From Armatimonadota bacterium (GTDB lineage Bacteria > Armatimonadota > UBA10988): a DNA stretch of 17,341 nucleotides. The stretch's first letter is position 1. Each line of letters starts with the position of its first letter. Positions 6,796-13,303 of this stretch are shown in pieces. The notes under the pieces are model-generated. The model saw nothing but the letters and a program-made list of their open reading frames with translations. It was not told the DNA's origin and ran no database searches. The stretch lies in NCBI GenBank assembly GCA_016235455.1, contig JACRKZ010000165.1, positions 1-17,341 on the forward strand, given 5' to 3'. The position numbers and the translations under genes are program-made.

Positions 6796-8775
6796 ATGCG
6801 CACAGCGCTGGTGTTGGGCTGCCTGCTGACCTTGCCCACCGTGGCGGCTGAGGACTTCGCGCCGCTCCTGGCGCGCTATCGGGCCACGCTGGGCGGGGCT
6901 CCCGCTTCGGCGGCCGACCGCATCGCCAGCCAACGGCCCGATGGCTCGTGGGCCGATGTGGACTATGCCAGTGGCGACCGCTCCAACTGGGGCGCCTCCA
7001 AGCATGTGGGCCACCTGCGTGCCATCGCCGCGGTCAACCCGCCCACCGTCGCGGCGACCCAGGCGCTGAACCGCGGGCTCGATTACTGGCGGCAGCACGA
7101 TTTCACCTGTCCCAACTGGTGGTACAACGAGATCGGCGTGCCGATGACCATGGCCGACATCGGCGTGCTGGCCTACGAGCGCATCTCACCCGAGAACCTG
7201 CGCTACCTGACCGGCACGGTGCTGCCGCGCGCCAAGATCGGCATGACCGGCCAGAACCGCGCCTGGGTGGCCGGCATCACCTTCATCCGCGGCCTGCTGG
7301 TGGGCGATAGCGAGCTGGCCAGCCGCGCCATGGGCGTGGTCATGGAGGAGCTTGTCGTCAGCGGCGCCGAGGGCCTGCAGCCCGACTGGAGCTTCCACCA
7401 GCACGGCCCGCAGCAGCAGTTCGGCAACTACGGCCTGGCCTTCGCCGGCGATATGAGCCGCTGGGCCGACCTGCTGCGCGGCTCGACGCTGGCCGTCGCG
7501 CCCGAGAAGATCAGCCTGCTGCGCAACTACGTGCTCAACGGGGAGAACTGGGTCTGCTGGCGCGGCTACATGGACCTCAGTTCCTGCGACCGGCAGATCA
7601 CTCCCGGCGCCATGCGCGGCAAGGGCCGCAGCGTGGCGGGCATCAACACCCGCATGGTCGGCGTCGACCCCGAGCAGGCGGCGGCCTACCGGGCCGGCGC
7701 CCAGCGCAATCAGCCCGGCGCGGTCAACGACCTGGTGGGCACGCGCTACTTCTGGCGCTCGGATTACCTGATCCATCGCCGGCCCGAGTTCATGGCCAGC
7801 CTGAAGATGGCCTCGCGCCGCGTGATCGGCGCGGAACTTGTCAACAGCGAGAACGTCTCGGGCTACTACCTGGCCGACGGCGCGCTGTTCTGCTACCGCG
7901 CAGGCGACGAACTGGAGGATGTGGCGCCGGTCTGGGACTGGCGCCGAGTGCCCGGCGTGACCTGTCCGCAAGGCACGCGCAGCCTGCGCCCGCCGGGCAA
8001 CCACCGCCTGCCCAGCGACTACGTCGGAGCCGCCTGCGACGGTCAGAACGGCGTGGTCATGCTCGACCTGGCGCGCGACGGCCTGTCGGTGCGCAAGCTG
8101 TTCTGCTTCGCCGGCGACCAGGTGGTCTGCCTCGGCGCGGGCCTCAGCTACCCCGGTGCGGAGCCGGTGACCACTTCGCTCTGGCAGCAGAGGCTGCGCG
8201 GACCGGTCAAGCTCAGCGCCGGCGGCGCCGCGCGCGAACTGGCCACCGGTCAGGAGACCATCGCCGATGCGCAGTGGCTGGAGCACGACGGGATGCGCCT
8301 GACGCTGTTGGAGCCGGCCCGGCTGGTGGTGCAGACGGGCCCGAAGACCGGCCACTGGCGCAACGTCTTCACCACCTCGGGCACGCCGCGCGACGATGTG
8401 ACGTTGCCCTTGTGCTCGGCCTGGCTCGACCATGGCACCAACCCGTCGGGCACCTTCGCCTACAGCCTGGGCACGCCGACCGCCGGCCCGGCCAAAATCA
8501 TCAGCAACACGGCGCTGGTGCAGGCGGTGCGCATGCCCGGCGGGCTGGTGGGTGCAACCTTCTGGGCCGCCGGCCGGCTCGACCTGGGCGACGGCCACAG
8601 CCTGGCTACCGATTTGCCCTGCGCGGTGCTCTTTGATCCCGCGACCGGCACGGCCACCGTGGCGGAGCCGACGCAGAAGTTCCGGACGCTGACGCTGACC
8701 GTGGACGGGGTGGCGCGGGCGGTGACGCTGCCCGTGGGGCTGGAGGCGGGGGCGTCGGTGGTGGTGAAGCGGTAA
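6796..8775 (+). CDS. Secreted polysaccharide lyase family 8 (chondroitin AC/hyaluronate/xanthan lyase-like), ~659 aa
   Basis: SD GGAG then MRTALVLGCLLTLPTVAA signal peptide. PL8 motifs DGSWADVDY, NWWYNEIGVP, TGQNRAW, EGLQPDWSFHQHG....GNYG, WDWRRVPGVT, VVCLGAG, WLDHG. Confidence 0.9.
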   Translation: MRTALVLGCLLTLPTVAAEDFAPLLARYRATLGGAPASAADRIASQRPDGSWADVDYASGDRSNWGASKHVGHLRAIAAVNPPTVAATQALNRGLDYWRQHDFTCPNWWYNEIGVPMTMADIGVLAYERISPENLRYLTGTVLPRAKIGMTGQNRAWVAGITFIRGLLVGDSELASRAMGVVMEELVVSGAEGLQPDWSFHQHGPQQQFGNYGLAFAGDMSRWADLLRGSTLAVAPEKISLLRNYVLNGENWVCWRGYMDLSSCDRQITPGAMRGKGRSVAGINTRMVGVDPEQAAAYRAGAQRNQPGAVNDLVGTRYFWRSDYLIHRRPEFMASLKMASRRVIGAELVNSENVSGYYLADGALFCYRAGDELEDVAPVWDWRRVPGVTCPQGTRSLRPPGNHRLPSDYVGAACDGQNGVVMLDLARDGLSVRKLFCFAGDQVVCLGAGLSYPGAEPVTTSLWQQRLRGPVKLSAGGAARELATGQETIADAQWLEHDGMRLTLLEPARLVVQTGPKTGHWRNVFTTSGTPRDDVTLPLCSAWLDHGTNPSGTFAYSLGTPTAGPAKIISNTALVQAVRMPGGLVGATFWAAGRLDLGDGHSLATDLPCAVLFDPATGTATVAEPTQKFRTLTLTVDGVARAVTLPVGLEAGASVVVKR

Positions 8776-8787
8776 GCTAGCAAAGCC

Positions 8788-8882
8788 GGGGCATGTTGTC
8801 CCGCCTTAAGGCGACTGGTGCTTCCACACGGGGCACCAGGTGCGAGCGTCCTGGGAGCGTGGCGCTCCCAGGACGTCGCTCG
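8788..8882. repeat. Cluster of short palindromes (REP-like) between convergent genes
   Basis: GGGGCA-TGT-TGTCCC; CGCCTTAAGGCG; CTGGTGCTTC-CACAC-GGGGCACCAG; perfect 13-bp CGTCCTGGGAGCG-TGG-CGCTCCCAGGACG. Confidence 0.55.
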
Positions 8883-9020
8883 AAGCGGCGGCTGCGACGT
8901 GGGACATGATGAGCCACTGGTGCCGTCTGATCCGAGCGGAATCGCCGTTCGCCTGAAGGCCGGGCCACGACCAGGCGACGACCGCCCAACCAGTCGCTCT
9001 CGCACCATGGAGTAACGATG

Positions 9021-9047
9021 GGATCGCCTGCAGCCTGGGGGCGATCC
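9021..9047 (-). terminator. Hairpin immediately after the stop of the 540-aa gene
   Basis: GGATCGCC(9021-9028)...GGCGATCC(9040-9047); no strong U-tract. Confidence 0.4.
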
Positions 9048-9051
9048 TCGC

Positions 9052-10674
9052 TTACTTCTCCGCCTCATGCCGCGTCGCAATCGGCACATACCCGATCTCA
9101 AAGCCCTTCGGCGGCGTGACGAGCTGCGCGGGATCGACATCGGCCAGCGTGCCCACCGTGGGCGGCGGCAAGTACTCGCGGTCCTTGGTCCAGCTGCGGT
9201 GCAGCATTTCCACCCGCTTCTGAAGCAACTCGCGCTCGGCATCGGTCAGGTCGGCATTGAGCAGCGCCGGCTGGTCGGCGAAGCGGTACCAGGAGTAGGT
9301 CACCACGCTGCCATCGCCCAGCCTGGCCTTGAACGGGCCGGCCACCGGGCCGGGCTTCTTCCAGCAACTGGTCGCGCTGTCCGGGGTGGTGTAGGGGTCT
9401 TCTACCTTCTCCTTGGGCCGGTCGAAGGTCAGCTTTTGCAGGCCGGTGTCGGCGGGCACCTGGTCGGCGGCGATGGGCACCCACTTGGCCGCCTTCGCGT
9501 CCGCGCCCGTCTCCAGCTTGAAGTACTCGGGCAGCGTGACCAGGGCGCCATCCTTGGTGTCGGTCTTGGTAGCCACCGAGTAGTCCCACCGGTAGCCAAA
9601 GGTGTTGGCGTCGATGGCGGTGGGCTTGGCGAAGCTGGGCCAGGAGATGGGCACCTTGCGTTCCTTGCCGTCGGGACCCGGCTCGCGGATCTCCCAGGTA
9701 GCGCCGCCCTGGCCGGGGAAGACCGTGATGCTGGCGCCCTTGGTGTCGACCTTGCCGCTGGCCGGCGGGCCCCCGTCGAACCAGGCACGCACCGCGTCGT
9801 ATAGCGCCGACTTGTTGTAGGCCGAGTTGCGGTGCACGAGCACCGAGTCGCCCTGGGCATCGCGCGGGAACGAGGTCGGCGCGATGCGGGCGTAGCTGTC
9901 GCCCTTGGCATCGGTGGCCATGCGGCACGGGATCCACTGGGTCTCCATCTGCACGTGGCGATTGGGCTCCACGGGCCGGCTATCGAGCAGCAGCCCGGCC
10001 AGGCGGCGCTCCTTGACGCTCGCATGTGACCAGAAGTTGGGCGTGAAGAACGCGACCGGGCCCTTGAAGTTGCCCGAGTTGAGGAACAGCGTCCAGCAGT
10101 TGCCACCAGTCGGCACGTCCACGCCATTGGTGGTGGCCTTGGGCTCGGTCAGCGGCAGGTTGAAATAGCCCCAGCCGAACAGCCCGCCACAGGCGCCCTG
10201 CTTGATGTTCAGCCCGTCGATGGGGAACAGCAGCCAGGGGCTGAGTTGCGCCACGCCATACAGGCCGCGCGGTTCCTCCCACGAGCCCCAGCCGTGCGCC
10301 GGGCCGTTGGCGATGTCTGAGAAGTTCGGGCCGACTCCGCCCATGATGAACTTGGGCGTCTCGGTGGGGAAGCGCGTGTCACGCCACCAGCCCAGCCCGC
10401 CCTCAACGTCGGAGTAGCAGTCCTTGGGCGCCTCGCCGTCGTACTGGGCGAACATCCAGGTGCCCGGCAGGCCGGTCTGATAGTTGTGACCGGGGTAGTT
10501 GCGCATCAGCGGCCAGGCGGCCACGTACATCGAATAGCCGGCGTTGTACTGTTTGTCGAAGCGCTCGCCGGTCGGGATGATCAGATATCCAGCCAGGTAC
10601 TCGTCCTTTGCCATAGCGGCCCCCATAGTCAGCAACGACAGCAGCAGCGCCATACTCGGTCGAATGGTGCGCAT
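9052..10674 (-). CDS. Secreted protein of unknown function, 540 aa
   Basis: Long ORF with GC-biased codon usage, signal peptide (MRTIRPSMALLLSLLTMGAAMA-K), SD AAGGAAG, and Trp/Tyr/Gly-rich sequence. No family recognised. Confidence 0.85.
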   Translation of the reverse strand: MRTIRPSMALLLSLLTMGAAMAKDEYLAGYLIIPTGERFDKQYNAGYSMYVAAWPLMRNYPGHNYQTGLPGTWMFAQYDGEAPKDCYSDVEGGLGWWRDTRFPTETPKFIMGGVGPNFSDIANGPAHGWGSWEEPRGLYGVAQLSPWLLFPIDGLNIKQGACGGLFGWGYFNLPLTEPKATTNGVDVPTGGNCWTLFLNSGNFKGPVAFFTPNFWSHASVKERRLAGLLLDSRPVEPNRHVQMETQWIPCRMATDAKGDSYARIAPTSFPRDAQGDSVLVHRNSAYNKSALYDAVRAWFDGGPPASGKVDTKGASITVFPGQGGATWEIREPGPDGKERKVPISWPSFAKPTAIDANTFGYRWDYSVATKTDTKDGALVTLPEYFKLETGADAKAAKWVPIAADQVPADTGLQKLTFDRPKEKVEDPYTTPDSATSCWKKPGPVAGPFKARLGDGSVVTYSWYRFADQPALLNADLTDAERELLQKRVEMLHRSWTKDREYLPPPTVGTLADVDPAQLVTPPKGFEIGYVPIATRHEAEK

Positions 10675-10700
10675 GACGTGATCTTCCTTGTCCGGAAACG

Positions 10701-10729
10701 ATTGTTGTCGCTGCGCGTGGGCGAGTCAA
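10701..10729 (-). promoter_or_regulatory. Putative sigma70-type promoter for the 540-aa gene
   Basis: Minus strand TTGACT-N17-AACAAT, ending 26 nt upstream of the ATG. Confidence 0.45.
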
Positions 10730-10748
10730 GTCGAATGCGAACAGCGGC

Positions 10749-11573
10749 TCAGGCGTGGTCGGCCGGGTAGAGCAGCGGGTTGAGCTCGCTGGCGGCCAGA
10801 TCGCCCGTCCGCAGGCCCGGCAACCAGCGCTCGAGATCGTCGATGCGGTTGGGGTTGTTGGTTGGCCCCACGCGCGTGCCGTCGGCGAAGTAGATGATGG
10901 TCATCACCTCGCGCAGCCGGTCGGTGGAGTTGCCGGGCGCGCCGTGCAGCGTCCAGCCGTAGTGGAACGTGGCGTCGCCGGCGCTCATGGCCTCGCCGGC
11001 CACCAGCGGGTAGCCGCGCTCGCGAACGAACTGCTCCAGCCGGGCCTCGGACTCATCGCTGATGGGCAGGTCGCCCAGCCAGCCGACATGGTGCGACCCA
11101 CTGGCGAAGTGCATCGGCCCCATCTCGGGGGTGACGTCCACCAGCGGCATCCATAGCGTGACCGTGTTGGCCGTATCGAGCGGCCAGTAGTGCTGATCCT
11201 GATGCCAGGGCGTGTAGCCGCCGCCGGGCTCCTTGAACAACGCCTGGTCGTGGTAGAGCCTCACGCCCGGCACGCCCATCAGCTCAGCCGCCAACCGCGC
11301 GAACCGCTCGGCGAACACGAACTCGCGCGCCCGCGCGTGGCGTGTCCACAGGTTCATACGCTGGAGGAAGGCCCGGCCGTAGGTGTCGCGCTCGGCCAGC
11401 GGCACGGTCTCTGGGGCGAACTGCTCGACGGCGGCCAGCAGTTCCGGCCGCCAGGCGACCATCTCCGCCGGGCTGGCCACGCCCGGCAGCCGCACATGGC
11501 CGTCGCGGCGGAAGGCGGCGATCTGCTCGGGGCTCAGCGGATAGGCCGACGCCAGTTGGGCACAATCAGACAT
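10749..11573 (-). CDS. Phytanoyl-CoA dioxygenase (PhyH) family Fe(II)/2-oxoglutarate dioxygenase, 274 aa
   Basis: Start at MSDCAQL (SD GAGG). Motifs LSPEQIAAFRRDG, LYHDQALFKEPGG.TPWHQD (HxD), LWMPLVDV...GPMHF..GSH, AGDATFH..TLHGAPGN.T..LR. Confidence 0.92.
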   Translation of the reverse strand: MSDCAQLASAYPLSPEQIAAFRRDGHVRLPGVASPAEMVAWRPELLAAVEQFAPETVPLAERDTYGRAFLQRMNLWTRHARAREFVFAERFARLAAELMGVPGVRLYHDQALFKEPGGGYTPWHQDQHYWPLDTANTVTLWMPLVDVTPEMGPMHFASGSHHVGWLGDLPISDESEARLEQFVRERGYPLVAGEAMSAGDATFHYGWTLHGAPGNSTDRLREVMTIIYFADGTRVGPTNNPNRIDDLERWLPGLRTGDLAASELNPLLYPADHA

Positions 11574-11726
11574 GGGGGCCTCTTCGGGTGTGAATGGCCG
11601 CCGCGGGCGAAGCGCCTGGGCAGCACGAACACTGTGGTGCAGGGAGGCGCCGCGGGCAGGAGAAGCGATCTGTCCCGGCGAACCAGCGCTGCAGCGGCGC
11701 CGTGGCGCGGCCGAGGAGAGAGCGCG

Positions 11727-13214
11727 ATGCCCAGCATGGACCGACGTGACTTCGTGAACTGGTTGGGGCTCGGCGCCTGCGCGCTGGTGGCCGGCTCGGC
11801 CCAGGCCCAGGCGGCCCGACGGCCCAACATCCTCTACATGATGTCCGACGACCATGCCGCCCACGCCATCTCGGCCTACGGCAGCCGGGTCAACCAGACG
11901 CCGAACATCGACCGGCTGGCCACGGGCGGCATGAGGTTCAACCACATCTACGCCACCAACTCCATCTGCACCCCGAGCCGGGCGACGATCCTCACCGGCC
12001 AGTACAGCCATGTCAACGGCGTGCCGGTGTTCAACCCGCTGCCCAACGACCGGCCGGTGGTTTCGGAGATGATGCAGGCCGCCGGCTACTGGACGTCGAT
12101 GGTGGGCAAGTGGCATCTGGGCAGCGACCCACGCGGCTTCGACCAGTGGGAGATCCTGCCGGGCCAGGGCGCGTATGTCGACCCGATGCTGTACAACGCC
12201 CAAGGCCGGAAGAAGTACACCGGCCATTGCACCGATGTGGTCACCGACATCGCGCTGGGCTTTCTGAAGGACCGGCCCCGCGACAAGCCGTTCTTCTCCA
12301 TGGTTCACCACAAGGCGCCGCACCGCAACTGGATCCCCGCCGAACGCCATGCCGCTGCCTGGCGCGACAAGGTCATCCCCGAGCCGGACACGCTGTTCGA
12401 CGACTATGCCGGCCGGGCCGACGCCATTCGCAACCAGAAGCAGTCCATCGCGCGCGACCTGACGCCCACCGACGTGAAGCAGGCGCCGCCCGCGGGCCTG
12501 GCCGGCGACGACCTGACGCGCTGGAAGTACCAGCGCTACATGCAGGACTACCTGGCCTGCGTGCAGGGCGTGGACGAGAGCGTCGGCCGCATCCTCGACT
12601 GGCTGGACACCGAAGGCCTAGCCGACAACACGCTGGTCATCTACACCAGCGACCAAGGCTTCTTCCTGGGCGACCACGGCCTGTTCGACAAGCGCTTCAT
12701 GTATGAGGAATCGGACCAGATGCCCTTCCTGGCGCGCTGGCCGGGGCACATCACGCCGAACCGGCAGTGCGATGCGCTGGGCATCAACTGCGACTTCGCG
12801 CCGACCTTCCTGGAGGTCGCCGGCCGCCCCACGCCGCCGACCATGCAGGGCCGCAGCCTCGTGCAGTGGATGGAGGGCCGCAAGATCGAGGATTGGCGCG
12901 ACAGCTTCTACTACCGCTACTACCACGATCCCGGCGACCACAACACAGCTGCGCAGTATGGCGTGCGCACCAACACGCACAAACTGATCTACTTCTGGCG
13001 GCTCGACCAGTGGGAATGCTACGACCTGACCAAGGACCCCAAGGAACTGCGCAACATCTACCACGACCCCGCGGCGCAGCCGGTCGTGGCGAAGCTCAAG
13101 GCCGAGCTGGCGCGGCTCAAGAAGGAAGTCGGCGACACCGAGGACCGCTACGCTCGGAACGAAGACTGGCCCAAGGGCGGCGTCGATGGCGGTCCTCGGC
13201 CAATCCGGCCCTGA
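11727..13214 (+). CDS. Tat-exported formylglycine-dependent sulfatase (S1 family; resembles hexosamine-6-sulfatase/S1_11 type), 495 aa
   Basis: SD GAGGAG; twin-arginine signal MDRRDFV...AQA; RPNILYMMSDDH, CTPSRATILTG (CxPxR), GKWHLG, HKAPH, YTSDQGFFLGDHG, ECYDLTKDPKELRN. The subfamily assignment is from memory of motifs. Confidence 0.93.
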   Translation: MPSMDRRDFVNWLGLGACALVAGSAQAQAARRPNILYMMSDDHAAHAISAYGSRVNQTPNIDRLATGGMRFNHIYATNSICTPSRATILTGQYSHVNGVPVFNPLPNDRPVVSEMMQAAGYWTSMVGKWHLGSDPRGFDQWEILPGQGAYVDPMLYNAQGRKKYTGHCTDVVTDIALGFLKDRPRDKPFFSMVHHKAPHRNWIPAERHAAAWRDKVIPEPDTLFDDYAGRADAIRNQKQSIARDLTPTDVKQAPPAGLAGDDLTRWKYQRYMQDYLACVQGVDESVGRILDWLDTEGLADNTLVIYTSDQGFFLGDHGLFDKRFMYEESDQMPFLARWPGHITPNRQCDALGINCDFAPTFLEVAGRPTPPTMQGRSLVQWMEGRKIEDWRDSFYYRYYHDPGDHNTAAQYGVRTNTHKLIYFWRLDQWECYDLTKDPKELRNIYHDPAAQPVVAKLKAELARLKKEVGDTEDRYARNEDWPKGGVDGGPRPIRP

Positions 13215-13221
13215 CTCTCCA

Positions 13222-13301
13222 ACCACAGAGGGCACAGAGGAACGACAGGAACTGCTCCTCCTGTTTTGCTGCTCCTCTGTGCTCTCTGTGTCCTCTGTGG
13301 T
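13222..13301. repeat. Inverted element of 9-bp-period CACAGAG/CTCTGTG repeats (REP-like; may act as bidirectional terminator)
   Basis: ACCACAGAG-GG-CACAGAG (13222-13239) ... CTCTGTG-CT-CTCTGTG-TC-CTCTGTG-GT (13275-13301), filling the gap between convergent stops. Confidence 0.75.
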
Positions 13302-13303
13302 CG

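Noticed and set aside
8777-9015. Small ORFs 8777-8989 (-) and 8818-9015 (+)
   Set aside because: They have no convincing SD or motif and run through palindromic repeat sequence.
11190-12350. Apparent overlap of extended PhyH (533 aa) and sulfatase (674 aa) ORFs
   Set aside because: The extensions are antisense shadows of each other. The SD-supported starts at 11573 (-) and 11727 (+) give a normal divergent pair.
13222-13301. CRISPR array
   Set aside because: The repeat units are 7 bp with 2-bp spacers in inverted arrangement, there is no repeat-spacer structure, and no cas genes are present.
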